Assembly: GCA_951406725.2 (NCBI GenBank)
Contig: OX597818.1
Location: 65,782,001 to 65,846,000 of the forward strand
Direction: 5' to 3'
DNA length: 64,000 nucleotides
Source: Octopus vulgaris
Taxonomy: Eukaryota
This document shows, one piece after another, positions 28,430 through 42,256 of the stretch (positions within the stretch are counted from its first letter, which is position 1; each line of letters starts with the position of its first letter). The notes under the pieces were generated by a model. That model was not told the origin of the DNA. It did not search any database and saw only the letters and a list, made by a program, of their open reading frames with translations. A program made the translations under genes and the position numbers.

Positions 28430-29081
28430 GTGTATTATTATGGAAGGAATCCATTGCAGAGTGATGGTTCTGGAGTAAATTAGTGAACATTTCTGCAAGA
28501 AGCTAAATGAAGACGAATATAAAAACAAGCGCAAAGTAAACAGTCTCATCTCAAAACATCGAAACAGCCGAACGGAGAATGAGTTCAACTCTTTAACAGA
28601 CTCCGTAGTAAAGTCCTGTAACATCTATGGACTACCTAAGATCCATAAATCAAAAGTAATTAAAAACTGTTAAAAGAAGAAAATCAATAGTAGAAATTAC
28701 TAAACTTAAAGACTTGAACCTCAGTCCAATCATTGCAGGCCCAGCATCAAATACAAAACGCATAGCAACTTACTATATATAGTTTTAAGACCTTTATGCA
28801 AAATGATGCCAAGCTTTGTTCGGGATGATGAGGAATTTCTAAATTAAATGCCTTAAAGTGTCCATTAGGTGGCAATTCTCGTTAATTCTGATGCAAATAG
28901 TTTATATAACAATATTCCACACGACAGATTAATTGAAATTCTGAAGTTCTGCTTGACAATGCACTAAAACCACATCATGGTAAGATTTTCAAACCCTTTT
29001 GTTTTAGAAGGAATAAAATTAATACAGGCAAATAATCACTTCTTTGACAACATCTTTTTGCAAATAAAATAACCCGCGATG
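28430..29081 (+). pseudogene. Penelope-like reverse transcriptase remnant
   Basis: Motifs YGLPKIHK (28626), SPIIAG, SFVRDD, SLYNNIPH (about 28898) and NNHF...LQIK*PAM occur in Penelope RT order, with many stops and frameshifts. Confidence 0.75.
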
Positions 29082-29439
29082 TCGACAAAAGTCGATTTGA
29101 GGCGTTATTCTCTCCTTTTTTACCTCACATGTTCGAAATCTCAACTTTCTGAACCAAATTTCAAATTTTGTAGCTCAAAATGTAGCTTAGAAGGTGACCA
29201 ATCTGCAAAATGTATAAAAATAATCAAATTTGGTAAAAAAAAATTAGTATTAATGGCAAAGCCTAGAAATAGTCGCGAGCGAGTTAATGTTGACCTCAAG
29301 AATATCATTCTCCCACGTGCGTGAATGATATCTATTACACTGTGGTGTTTCCTATGAATATGAGGCAGATCTTTGTAAGGTACCTAAATACTGAATTGGA
29401 TTAATTATTTTACAATGTTAGTTTCCAATTTTGATTGCT

Positions 29440-29612
29440 GACCATCATATCCGAAAGGATGGGAAGTTGATAACATCGATCGCAGTGCTCAGCTGATACT
29501 CATTTTATCGAGTACCGAAAAGATAAAAGGCAAAGACAACCTCGGCGTAATTTGAACTCAAATGATTAAACGCTGTGAAACATCCACCCTGCGTCTTAAC
29601 GACTCAGCCAGC
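29440..29612 (-). mobile_element. Degenerate SINE family B
   Basis: TTTTATCGAGTACCGAAAGATAAAAGGCAAAGACAACCTCGGCGTAATTTGAACTCA. Confidence 0.6.
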
Positions 29613-29814
29613 TGGTTGTCTTAGTACAATAATAAGTAATAATATTGCTTGAAGATTGTTTTATGTACTTTTGGCACATGTAGCTTATCTGATGCCTATT
29701 TTCATTCTGAATATTTTCTTTGAAAAGATTAACATCCGGGCACTCGCCTTGATGAATTCTATCATATGAGCTAAACAAAAATAAGACGTTATTTATGCAA
29801 AAACAAAATATGTA

Positions 29815-31106
29815 CGAGGGACGTTCAATAAGTAATGCCCCTGACCCACTTGCAGTTGTTTGATTTAGTTGAAATTTTGCATGTGCAATTATTTATATCT
29901 CTATAGATTAAGTGGCAAATTACAGCTCTGAACTAATTAAGGTTTCTGATTTACAGGTGTTTGAACTGAGTCAAGTGTGAAACAGAGCCTGTTGAGTGTC
30001 GAGCAGTGATCCGGTTTTTGTATTTGAAAGGACGCACACCACGGGAAACTTTTGATGAAATGAAAGTAACTCATGGTGATGATGTCCCATCATATGACCT
30101 TGTAAAACGCTGGCATCGTGAATTCAAACATGGTCGGAACTCTGTGGAAACAGCTCCCAGATCTGGTCGCCCCCTTCTGTCATTGATGAGGCATCTGTCC
30201 GTCAAGTTGAGGGAGCCATTTTGGAAGATCGACGCATAACTATTCGCCAAATAGACCATGAGGTCAAGATTAGTACCGGGTCTGTGGAAACTATCCTTCA
30301 TGACCATTTGCATATGCAAAAGGTGTCTGCCAGATGGATTCTCAGGCTGCTCACACCTTTCCAGAAGCAGGAACGCATCGAGTGCTTTAGGATGAATTTG
30401 GAGATGTGCCAAGGAAAAGAGTCAAAATTTTTCAAAAAACTGATTACACAGGATGAAACCTAGGTCCATCACTATGATCCAGAGACCAAAGCCTAGTCAA
30501 TGCAGTGGAAAGCACCGTGACTCACCTCCTCCAAAGAAGGCAAGGGCGCAGCTCTCCGCTGGCAAGGTCATGCTCACAGTCTTCTGGGACCAGGACGGAG
30601 TAGTGATGACAGATTTCCTGGCAAAGGGTACCACAATTACAGGAGCCTATTATGCTTCACTTTTGAGGAAATTAAAAGAAGCTATCAAAATCAAGAGGCG
30701 GGGCAAGATCAGCAAAGGCATCCTCCTCCTGCAGGACAATGCTCTGGTCAACAAATCGCGTCTCGCCAGATCAGAAGCACAGGTGTGCGGCTATGAACTC
30801 CTCCCCCATCCCCCTACTCTCCTGACCTTGCACCCTCTGATTTTCACCTCTTCCCAGCCATGAAGTTGTTTTTGAAAGGAAAGCGTTTCCCGGATGATGT
30901 AGCCTTCATTTCTGAAGTCACGTCATGGTTGTAGGACCAAGCTGGGGTCTTCTACAAAAACGGTCTTCAGAGCTGTATCAAACGATGGGAGAAATGCGTA
31001 ACTCTGGGTGGTTCCTATGTAGAAAAAGACCAATAACTGTGCCAAGTTTCGTTGCTTTACTGCTATGGGGAGTGGGTCAGGGGCATTACTTATTGAACGC
31101 CCCTCG
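29815..31106 (+). mobile_element. Full-length mariner DNA transposon (1292 bp; TIR style suggests the irritans subfamily)
   Basis: 36-bp TIRs CGAGGG(A/G)CGTTCAATAAGTAATGCCCCTGACCCACT at 29815-29850 and 31071-31106 with 1 mismatch. TA duplication at 29813-29814 and 31107-31108. Confidence 0.95.
29982..31036 (+). pseudogene. Mariner D,D34D transposase pseudogene
   Basis: HTH and PRSGRP, WILRLL (WVPRLL-type), ITQDET, QDNA...YSPDLAPSD with D34D spacing after a 1-nt correction, and end WEKCVTLGGSYVEKDQ*. Expected start codon reads ACA. Several frameshifts and TAG stops. Confidence 0.92.
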
Positions 31107-31108
31107 TA

Positions 31109-32300
31109 GGTTTTGAATTTGCTTTTAGATGTTGCCACTGTTTTCGGCCCATTTGGACCCTGTACTATTTTTTTAGTAAACAAAAAATATGCAATTAGCA
31201 TCATGGGATTCCTGAAGTCGCAATCTATCAGAAAGGTCAATTTTAAACGAAGCTTTCTTATGAAAGAAGAATATATGGCGTGAAGGTCTATTTCAGGTGT
31301 TTTTCTTCGCTGATTTTTACCTCAGTGCATTTTATTTTTGCATATAGCTAACATGGATAGATTCCTGTAGTCGCGATCTAAAATATAAGCTAAAAGAATT
31401 TTTTTTTTCTTTTTACTGAACCAGATTTTATTTAGCTCGAAATGTTTCTTAGGATGAGCTGAACCTATAAACATAAACATCATTTGGTTAAAATCTGAGT
31501 CAGACAAAGACTAGAAGTGGTCGTGAGCGAATAAATGTTGATCTTAAAACGGCAGTGTGAATAATGTTTTTTTAAAAGATTAGCAGCATGACACACCTGT
31601 TGATGAGTTCCATCATATATAATAAAAAACAAAAATGGTTTCGAATTTGATGTTAGGCGTTACCCCTGTTTTCAGTACAATTGACCCCAATAGTTTTTTA
31701 TTAATTTTTTTAATGTCATCACCATCATAGGATTCCTGCAGTCAAGCTAAAAAAAAATCAAACGTTTTACAAAAAAACAAAATGTGTAGATTTTGAATTT
31801 GCTTTTAGGTGTTAACCATTCTTTTCGGTACATTTTGCCTCAGTAGACTTTTATTATTTTTTAATGTACTTTACATCATGTAATTAGCATCATGGGATTT
31901 TCGGCACATTTGGCCCCAGAACATTTCTTACTTTAGAATATTTTTTGATATAATTGGCATCATCAGATTTCTCTAGTGGAGATCTATAAGAAAATTTGGA
32001 ATTAAATATAGTTTTCTTTTGAAGGAAAAATTATATTTGAACTGAAAATCGATTTCAGGCGTTAATCTCCTTATTGTCTTTCACCGGTTTTTACCACAGT
32101 ATTTTTTCTACTGAATATTTTTGCATGTAAGTAACATAGATAGATTGCGCTCGTCGAGATCGATCATATAAGCGAAAATGAAGCATAAATTTCTTTTAAA
32201 AAAATATATTTTGACTCGAAGTCGATTTCAAGTTTTCGTCTCCTGTTTTTGACCTCACAAATTTTACTAAAATATTTTTTGTACCTAAGTTGTATGTTAT
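31109..32300. repeat. Unclassified degenerate repeat with internal subrepeats, related to 29080-29330
   Basis: Recurrent motifs TTAGCATCATGGGATT, TTTTGAATTTGCTTTTAG and TCGATTT(C/G)AGGCGTTA. 31430-31550 resembles 29170-29300. Confidence 0.5.
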
Positions 32301-32525
32301 TATTTTTCATACAATTCGAAATTTTTTCCATAATAGTAGTTTGAAATTTAACTGTCCCCTCTCGAGTGCAGCTACATCTATTATGGATACATCTTTTGTG
32401 TTTGATATATATACAATATATAACGTATAAATTATTTTTATTGCAAAAAAAATTTACAAATAATAATATTGTATACGACTTCAGGTATTTGCACTGCTTT
32501 AATGTTTGTTGTCCTCTTTAACAAT

Positions 32526-32556
<31 letters not shown>

Positions 32557-32581
32557 GTGTGTGTGTGTATATGTATGTGTA

Positions 32582-32619
<38 letters not shown>

Positions 32620-32762
32620 GTTATGCAAATAAAAATAATAATAGTTTATAAGGTTAGAGTTTATAACGACTAAACAAAATAGTCTGTTACTGGGCACGTA
32701 CGGCCTCGATTGAAAGAAGATTATGGTATGCGTACGGAAACCCTATATTTTTGCTCTTGACA

Positions 32763-32996
<234 letters not shown>

Positions 32997-33710
32997 TAGG
33001 ACACTAGATATTATTTCTTGATGCTGGTACGATCAAAGTAAAAAGGTTCCAAAAGTGATAACTATGTGTATCGAAATGATATAGAAATTGAGAAAGGAAG
33101 TGAAATGCATAAACACAAACTTCAGGAAATAATTTAGAACCGAATTCTTCCAGAAAAGAAACGAAGTACTTAATGTATATATGTGAGTGTATGTGTGTCT
33201 CTGTGTGTGACTGTTTTTTTTTTCTTTTTTTGTAGTTACTACATATTTTACATCGAAATCGATGTTCATGATTTGTAGTATTTTCTAATAGTTTTCGTTT
33301 CGCTTCATTCCACTCTTATAACAACATACATAAATGCTGTAAGCGGATACTTTTAAATAAAAAAAGAAAATATTATGCATGAGAGGTTAGCGATATTTAG
33401 TGGCAAACTATCTTGGGCATCAAATTGCAATCAAATTGGAAAATTTACTAGTAAAAGATGAAGAAAATTATAAAATTATATTCCCTGTTACACAGATTGC
33501 ACTAGGATTGCGTTTTAAAATAAATAAAAGTATCAAAAGCACACACATACACACACAAACACACACACACATATATATATATATACACATAAATACATAT
33601 GTGCGTGTGTGCATGCGTGTGTGTATTCGTACACAAACACACTAAAGTATATTATGTATGTACGTATCCACACATACGCAAACATACATGTACATATAAT
33701 ATATTATATA

Positions 33711-33788
<78 letters not shown>

Positions 33789-33791
33789 ATA

Positions 33792-33840
<49 letters not shown>

Positions 33841-34351
33841 ACGTACGTATAATATAAACACACACAGAAACACACACTAACACACAAACATATGCGTTAA
33901 ATGAAAGTGTGCGTACATTTATTTACTAATGTGCCTCTGTATATGTGTGTAAGTATGCGCGCGTTTGCGAAACAAAAGGAAAGATGTTTTATGAGGGAAT
34001 AATTTTCTTTTTCTAATGAATATAGTAACATAACCTACTTAAAAGTGTAAATAATTACTATCATTTTTATTCCTTTACTTAAAAACACATTTCTACAAAT
34101 ATATTTATTATCAATTTTTTTTTCCTATTTCTTTTAGAATCATGATTTTCTTTGTATCTTTGTTTACACCTACAAAGTTTGCAGCAAGTAATTATATTTT
34201 TAGTGCGCCAAGTAAGGAGAGAGTTCATGACATTTTATTGAGTGGTAATCATTTTACATAAATTTTTAGAAATATAAAATTTCTAAATAAATTTTCATTC
34301 AAATATGCAAACACATCTCCACATACGATAACATACATTTTATCTTTCATA

Positions 34352-35295
34352 AAGCTGCGAGCTGCCAGAAACTTTTGCACGCCGGGCGAAATGCGTAGCC
34401 GTATTTCGTCTGCCGTTACGTTTTGAGTTCTAATTCCGCCGAGGTCGACTTTACCTTTCATCCTTTCGAGATCGATAAATTAAGTACCAGTCACGCAATG
34501 GGGTCGATGTAATCGACTTAATCCGTTTGTCTGTCCTTGTTTGTCCCCTCTGTGTTTGGCCCCTTGTGGGTAGTAAAGAAATAGGTATTTCGTCTGCCGC
34601 TACATTCTGAGTTCAAATTCCGCGGTGGTCGAGTTTGCCTTTCATCATTTGGGGCTCGATAAATTAAGTACCAGTGACGCACTGGGGTCGATGTAATCGA
34701 CTTAATCCGTTTGTCTGTCCTTGTTTGTCCCCTTTGTGTTTGGCCCCTTGTGGGTAGTAAAGAAATAGGTATTTCGTCTGCCGCTACATTCTGAGTTCAA
34801 ATTCCGCGGTGGTCGAGTTTGCCTTTCATCATTTTGGGCTCGATAAATTAAGTACCAGTGACGCACTGGGGTCGATGTAATCGACTTAATCCGTTTGTCT
34901 GTCCTTGTTTGTCCCCTTTGTGTTTAACTCCTTGTGGGTAGTAAAGAAATCTGTATTTCGTCTTCCACTATGTTCTAAGTTCAAAATATGCCGAGATCGA
35001 CTTTGCTTTCATCATTTCGAGGTCGATTAAATAAGTACCAGTTACGCACTGGGGTCGATATAATAGACTTAATCCGTTTGTCTGTCCTTGTTTGTCTTTG
35101 CTTATCTCCTTGTGTGTAGTAAAGAAATAGGTATTTCATCTGTCTTTATAGGTTCAGATTTCAAATTCCGCCGAGGTCGACTTTGCCTTTCCTTCTTTCG
35201 TGATCGATAAATTAAGTAGCATTTACTTACTGGGGTCGATCCAATCGACTGTCACCTCCCTAAAAATGACAGGCCTTGCGCCAAGAGTAGAAATA
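34352..35295 (+). mobile_element. SINE family B (Meta-domain-like; possibly OR1-type) with five internal tandem units
   Basis: One head, then units starting at 34401, 34585, 34769, 34953 and 35131 (spacings 184, 184, 184, 178 bp). Each unit has a B-box-like GAGTTCAAATTCC and the CCTTTCATCCTTTCG.GGTCGATAAATTAAGTACCAG core. Candidate TSD TTT(A/G)TCTTTCAT at 34339-34350 and 35297-35308. Confidence 0.85.
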
Positions 35296-35569
35296 CTTTG
35301 TCTTTCATCGTTATTTCTTTACATGTTTCAGTTATTAGACTGCATCCATACTGCCGTATCAAATTGAAGAGTTTTATTCAACAGAAATCATCACAGTGCT
35401 TAATTCTTAAATTCTGCTAATTATTGTAGAGGGATTTTGCTGAGCCGCTGATTATGGGGATATTTTTTCACCAACAACAGTTGTCAAGTGTGGGTACATG
35501 ACAAACATAGACACGAATAAACGCACATACACAATCACACGCGCACACAAACTCAAACATATATATATT

Positions 35570-35570
<1 letters not shown>

Positions 35571-35657
<87 letters not shown>
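35571..35657. repeat. (GA)n microsatellite
   Basis: Directly visible. Confidence 0.95.
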
Positions 35658-35661
<4 letters not shown>

Positions 35662-35847
35662 ATGTTGGTAATGATCACTCAGATGACACTAAACACTGGA
35701 GTTGAAATATGAAATGTTTATTTGTTTATCGCTGAAAACGGAGAGAATCTGTTCATTAAGTCGCTACTTCTTCGTCAGAAGAAAGAAAGGAAAGTAGAAA
35801 GACAAATAAATGAATCACAGAAGAAGTCGATAAATGAAGGATATATT

Positions 35848-36310
35848 CCTTTCTACTCTAAGCACAAGGCCCGAAATTTTGGGGGGAGGAGGACAGTTCA
35901 TTAGATCGACCCAAGTAGGCAACTGGGAATCAATTTATCGACCTGCAAGTATGAAAGGCAAAGTTGAGCTAGGTAGAATTTAAACTCAGAACGTAAAGAC
36001 AGACGAAACACCGCTAAGCATTTCGCCCGGCGTGCTTAACGTTTCTGCCACTTCGCCGCCTTAGACGGAGTATATATTTATTTATTTATTGCCGACATGG
36101 GGTTAAATAATGAGGAGATAAGGAAGGATAGACTAAGGAATTAATTCGATTACATCGACCCCAGTGCGTAACTGGTACTTATTTAATCAACACCGAAAGG
36201 ATGAAAGGCAAAGTCGACCTCGGCGGAATTTGAACTCAGAACGTAGCGGCAGACGAAATGCCGCTCAGCATTTCGCTCGGTGTGCTAACGATTATACCAG
36301 CTCGCCACCC
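35848..36310 (-). mobile_element. SINE family B, two adjacent copies or units
   Basis: Reverse complement of family B with head motifs at about 36060 and about 36308. Confidence 0.8.
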
Positions 36311-36394
36311 TGGGAGGAATATATATTGAAAATATGTTAACAACGTTTCTCGTTTAATTTAGTAATATTTTAGTATATATTTACAGATCTTATA

Positions 36395-36760
36395 TAGGCG
36401 CAGGAGTGGCTGTGTGGTAAGTAGCTTGCTAACCGGTCACATGGTTCCGGGTTTAGTCCCACTGCGTGGCATCTTGGTCAAGTGTCTTCTGCTATAGCCC
36501 CGGGCCGACCAAAGCCTTGTAAGTGGATTTGGTAGACGGAAACTGAAAGAAGCCTGTCGTATATATGTATATATAAATGTATGTGTATGCATATGTTTGT
36601 GTGTCTGTGTTTGTCCCTTTAGCATTGCTTTACAACCGATGCTGGTGTGTTTACGTCCCCGTTACTTAGCGGTTGGGCGAAAGAGATCGATAGAATAAGT
36701 ACTGGGTTTACAAAGAATAAGTCCCGGGGTCGATTTGCTTGAAACAAGTAAAAGAGTAAA
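36395..36760 (+). mobile_element. SINE family A, near full length
   Basis: TAGGCGCAGGAGTGGCTGTGTGGTAAGTAGCTTG...GAAACAAGTAAAAGAG, with a small deletion near the 3' end. Confidence 0.85.
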
Positions 36761-38529
36761 CTAGAAAGAGAGTGTTCAGAGATAGCAACGAACTTACGAA
36801 TTTTCGTATTCGAATATGTCTATGCAAACCGTGTGATCGGTGATCACTTAGTAATTGGGGCATATGCTTATTTTAAGAGATTTTGGACGTTCATTAGCGC
36901 ATTTTCCAGCCCACTTTGTAAATACCAACCAATTTTAAAGGAATACATCAACGTAAATATTAAACATATTCCTATACGTAAAACTTAATTGATCACAAGG
37001 AAACATTATTCCCTTTTGCGACAATAATAAACTACCAGTTGTTACAAGTTAATATTGTGCCATGCTTTTTTCAGTTCGCCTCACATTGCTTTCATCTGTA
37101 ATATCATTGCTAAGGATTTTCTATTCAGTTCCGATCCGGCACAAAATGTTACACCGTCCCATGTACGTATACGTCTATCGTGAATATCTGCAGAGAAAAT
37201 ATTTCATAAATCTATGAACAGCTAACGCAAAAATAAGGGCACATTATTGATTTATAAGGCTTTAATATAGTCGATAGTATACCATCTATGCTAGCAAATG
37301 ATATTTTTATGCCAGTTATCAGGAATGTGCTTTATATTTTAAGTGTGTCTATCCAGTAATGTCATACTGCTAAATTTTGTTAAAATATCATGGGGGAAGT
37401 TAGAAATACGTGTTTGGATCTATTTTACATTCCGGCAGCCAACACATTAGGGAGACCTATCAACGCTTTCATTTCTCGCTATAAATTTACAGAAATTTTC
37501 AACACATGCTCAGTAGCTGGTTGTTCATATTACGGTTCACACAGACAATATATCATATCGTTACTGTCAACAATAATCCTTCAAAGCTCCACATGCAGGC
37601 ACTTACATACATATATGTACATACACACCTATGCATGCACAAATGCACATTCCCTACACACACACACACATACGCACACATACACACACAGATGCACGCA
37701 CACACGTCATTGCAATACTTTAATGACCCTCTGTTATTCTCTGCTCAAACAATTTTCTCTCCTCACCTATTTTCAGTAGTTCTATATTTGTAATTCACAC
37801 GAGGCGCATTAACAATATAACTTCCTACTACTTTATGACTTCTTTTGAGAAAACACAACTCCACGAAATATCGATATATTTCTTAACGTTTCTCCAACTA
37901 AAACACTGATTGTATTCGTTTCTTCATTCGTTTTTCGCTTTGTGCTTTCCATGTCACAAATCTTCTCCTTCTTTATACCTGTACGGTGATGCAGCATCCT
38001 TAACTCCGACTTACGGTTACTATGTCTCTGATGCTATTTTCTAGGTTGACTGGAGTTTATTATATTATGATTATATTCTGAAATCCTCCAGCTTTTTCTT
38101 AGAGCTACTACGGAATTAATGTTACAGTTAGTATTTATAAATACTATTTCCGTATCGCTGAGACTCGGTACTAATAACACCATTGTACACCCTTTTTAAT
38201 AGCCCTGAGATTTCTGGAAAGTTTTTCAAACACAATCCGATAACCCCTGAATTTCGATTCTAGTTTCAACAACCAAGGATACTTTATGTTTTTAACTCGA
38301 TTCGTCTTATTGCTTCAATTTCCGACGTCCACGTTTTGTTCAAAATGTTTTTCTTGCTATCGAATTCAATGTACATAAAAATGTGAATACTTAAGTGTTT
38401 TTATGTATTTTAGCTTATAAAATTGGTAAAATATTTCCTGTATAATTCTTTGTTAAGGTTCCATTTTCTTTGATGTTACGAATAATAATTTCCGTTTGAA
38501 AAACTAAATTTCTTACACACAGATGAAAT

Positions 38530-38545
38530 CAAATATTCTAGCGTA

Positions 38546-38612
<67 letters not shown>

Positions 38613-38629
38613 CATATATACATATACAT

Positions 38630-38675
<46 letters not shown>

Positions 38676-38775
38676 ATGTATATACATATATATATATATA
38701 TATATTTGTATGTATATACATATATATATATATATATATTTGTATGTATATATATATATTTGTATGTATGTATGT
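38530..38775. repeat. Imperfect (TA)n/(TATG)n microsatellite
   Basis: Directly visible. Confidence 0.9.
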
Positions 38776-40254
38776 ATTTATATAATTTGAATGATATCAC
38801 ATTTTGACTTCAATGAGAATTTGAAAGCATCTCACCTCTTGAAAAAATTATGAGATGAAATTAGTAGCAATAAGCAATTAAATATTGTATATGTTTTTTT
38901 TCTTTTTATGTTTACCTAAATGTTTTAGTAAGACAACAACGGTGTATAATATCGATTGTATAAGAAATATTTAACACATTATAAACAATAAATATCAAAA
39001 AGAATGAATTCAGAAAATACTAGAAATATATAAAACAATATACTGTCCATTAAGTGTTATTATTGCACAGCAAATTAAAAATATGATGGTGTGTTTGTGG
39101 AAGTGTGTGGATAATATTTGTTTCTTCCTTTTCTTTTTGTTTATCATTTTACCCGTCACTGACTTGAGATTTGTTTCAAAAAATATTTTTACAACCGGAT
39201 GTTATTGTCATTGATAAGCACGAATTGTTTGGTAGCTGAGGAATTATATAAACGCACACACATATATTAAAATTCATACAAATTTATATATGTATGTATG
39301 TATAAATTATATAGGTATGATATATATATATGTATATGTGTGTGTGTGTGTTGTGTGTGTGTGTGTCTACATTTGTCTTTTATTATTTTAAGGTGGCACA
39401 TCTGATTAAATAGTAAGGTGTGACTTCACTGTAAATTTTGCCTCCTAATTAAGACTTTATTTGGCCTCCTAATTATGCCTTTATTAGTTCAGCAACACGC
39501 CATTTTGTCTCAATGAAGAACATCCTATTTTAATAGAAATATATTCAGTACAATGATGTGTAGATGTTAGCCCATATACATACAAACTGTTGAGATCTAA
39601 TAAGTGTCTACTCTATGAACGACATTATTTCCAGAGAGATTTTTAAATACACAGGGAACATGATGCTCTGACATATGCATAGTATTCACTACATAAATAT
39701 AGTGATGCCATTCCTTTGAAGAAATCGTGTCATGTTGCCCCTTGAGGGATAAACAGTCTCTTATGGATACTATGTTCTGAGGTTAATCGATATCAGCTGC
39801 TTGACATATAAACACATACTTTCTCCACTTGATTAGAATGCATTGCCTATCGTCCATGACTGTTATTTACAATACTTTACGATCGTCCAAGATTGATATT
39901 TACAATATTTTAGGATCTGTTGTCTCCTTCAACCAGTGATACTCATTTAATTTCACATTTTCTATTACACACTCACCGGATCTTAGAGCGATGAACCATT
40001 AAACTTTCTCAGTGACGAACAATAGAGCTTGCTTTATTTTACATAGAATCTGATTGTCATGATGTTACTTGTCAATTCATTATTTATTTTGAGAATTAAA
40101 TATTTAACAGTGGTAAAACTCACGACATGCTTTTGAATCTTTTAAATATATTATTTAGACTTTTCAAAGTAGATGAAACGATCTCAGCTCTACCAACATA
40201 CATGGGTACTTTACGTTGTAAGCTATGTGGTGGAATCATATTTTATGATATTTT

Positions 40255-40840
40255 TTTACTATTCTAGGTACAAGGATCGAAAATTTGGGTGAGGGTGTCT
40301 GTCGATTAGATCGATCCCAATACGCAACTGGTACTTAATTTATCGTCCACTTAAGGATGAGAGGCAAAGTGGACTTCGGTGGAATTTGAACTCGGAGTGT
40401 AAAGACACAAAATACCTATTTCTATTTCTTTACTACCTACAAGGGGTTAAACCCAGAGAGGACAAAGAAGGACAGACAAACGGATTAAGTCGATTATATC
40501 AACCCCAGTGCGTCACTGGTACTTATTTAATCGACCTCAAAAGGATGAAAGGCAAAGTCGACCTCGGCGGAATTTGAACTCAGAACGTAGCGGCAGACGA
40601 AATAACTATTTCTTTACTACCCACAAGGGGCTAAGCACAGAGGGGACAAACAAGGACGGACAAACGGATTAAGTCGTTTACATCGACTCCAGTGTGTAAC
40701 TGATACTTAATTTATCGACCCCGAATTGATGAAAGGCAGAGTCCACCTGGGCGGAATTTGAACTGAGAACGTAACGGCAGGCGAAATACGGCTACGCATT
40801 TCGCCCGGCGTGCTAACGTCTCTGCCAGCTCGCCGCCTTC
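40255..40840 (-). mobile_element. SINE family B with three internal units
   Basis: Head at 40840 (AAGGCGGCGAGCTGGCAGA on minus) and three repeats of the GGCAAAGTCGACCTCGGCGGAATTTGAACTC unit. Confidence 0.85.
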
Positions 40841-41624
40841 TCAGATGTTGATGATAGTTCTTCACGATTAATCATAACATGCAACTCATGAATACGATTC
40901 GTCGATTTCCCCTAAACTTACATAAAGAGAAATTTTATTACCTTTGAAAACGGTACATCTCAGACTTGCCCAATAGGACGGATTGCATATTTTAAATTTC
41001 TATAGGTAGGTTCACAATTTTGTAATGAAGTACACCTTTGGTAAGAATACATGTTAGTTCATGCTGAAAAATCTTAAGCAAAAGAAACATATTTCGTCTA
41101 TTCTGTAACTAAAACTGAAGCAATATTAAACGGAAATTTGTAAGTAGGGTTTGATAGGTGAAATTAGCTTTTGTGTAATATTTCGTGTATTAAATTCCTT
41201 TGAAATATGTTTACTAAGTGAAACATAAGATATTTCTTCAACTAATAGTAGATTTCATATATCCTCATTTATTTTCTACACATGGTATCTTAAATAACGA
41301 AATAGCAGTCCACCACTTTTGGAAAGTATTCACATCACTTATAAATATCGTTTTCATCTAAAATATGACTGCAAGATTTATGAATGTGTAATTGAAAATA
41401 ATTAAAAAAAGAATTTTCCAGGCTTCGTGCAAACATTAACTAAAATGTGATGATTTCAATAAACAAAACTTATTTAAAGAACTAGGTCACCTTCGGAAAA
41501 AGTGAATTGAAAATAAATTTGAACGAACAAGGTTGTTTCCAGAAAAACTACATCCTTCCTTTACGAACTTGAAAATAAAAAGTGTAAGGTTTAATCGAAA
41601 ATGATTTGTTCAAATATTATATGC

Positions 41625-42032
41625 TTTTCTATTCAAGGCACAAAACCCCGAAATTTTGGGGAAGGGGGCAGTCGATTAGGTCGACCCCAGTACGAAACTG
41701 GTACTTAATTTATCGATCCCGAGTGGTTGGAGTGCAAAGCCGACCTCGGCGGAATTTGATCTCAGAACGTAAAGAGAGACGAAATACCGCTAAGCATTTC
41801 GCGCCACCTGCTAACGTTTCTTATTTCTTTACTGCCCACAGGGGGCTACACACAGAGGGGATCCACAAGGACAGACAAACGGATTAAGTCGATTATATGG
41901 ACCCCAGTGCGTATCTGGTACTTAATTTATCGACCCTGAAATGATGAAAGGCAAAGACCACCTGGGCGGAATTTGAACTGAGAACGTAGCGGCAAACAAA
42001 ATACAGCTAATCATTTCTGGCAGCTCGCCGCA
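41625..42032 (-). mobile_element. SINE family B with two units
   Basis: Same motifs as 40255-40840. Confidence 0.8.
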
Positions 42033-42061
42033 TTCGTTTCAAATGTTATATTAAAGAATTC

Positions 42062-42256
42062 AAGGTAGGGAGCTGGCAGAATCGCTAGCAACATTTCCTT
42101 CATCACTACGTTCTGGGTCCAAATCCCGTCGAGGTCGAATTTATGTTTCGTCCTTTCTTCATCGCTGAAATAAGTACCAGTTGAATACTGAGGTAATTGT
42201 AATCGACAATTTCATTCTCCCAGAATTTCGGGCCTTGTGCCTTTAGTAGAAAGGAT
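42062..42256 (+). mobile_element. SINE family B monomer, head-to-head with the previous copy
   Basis: AAGGTAGGGAGCTGGCAGAATCG...AAATAAGTACCAGTT...GGCCTTGTGCCTTTAGTAGAAAGGA. Confidence 0.75.

Noticed and set aside
34401-35295. Tandem array as a CRISPR array or a hammerhead retrozyme
   Set aside because: Whole 184-bp units repeat with no unique spacers, the context is eukaryotic, and I found no CUGANGA/GAAA core in the unit.
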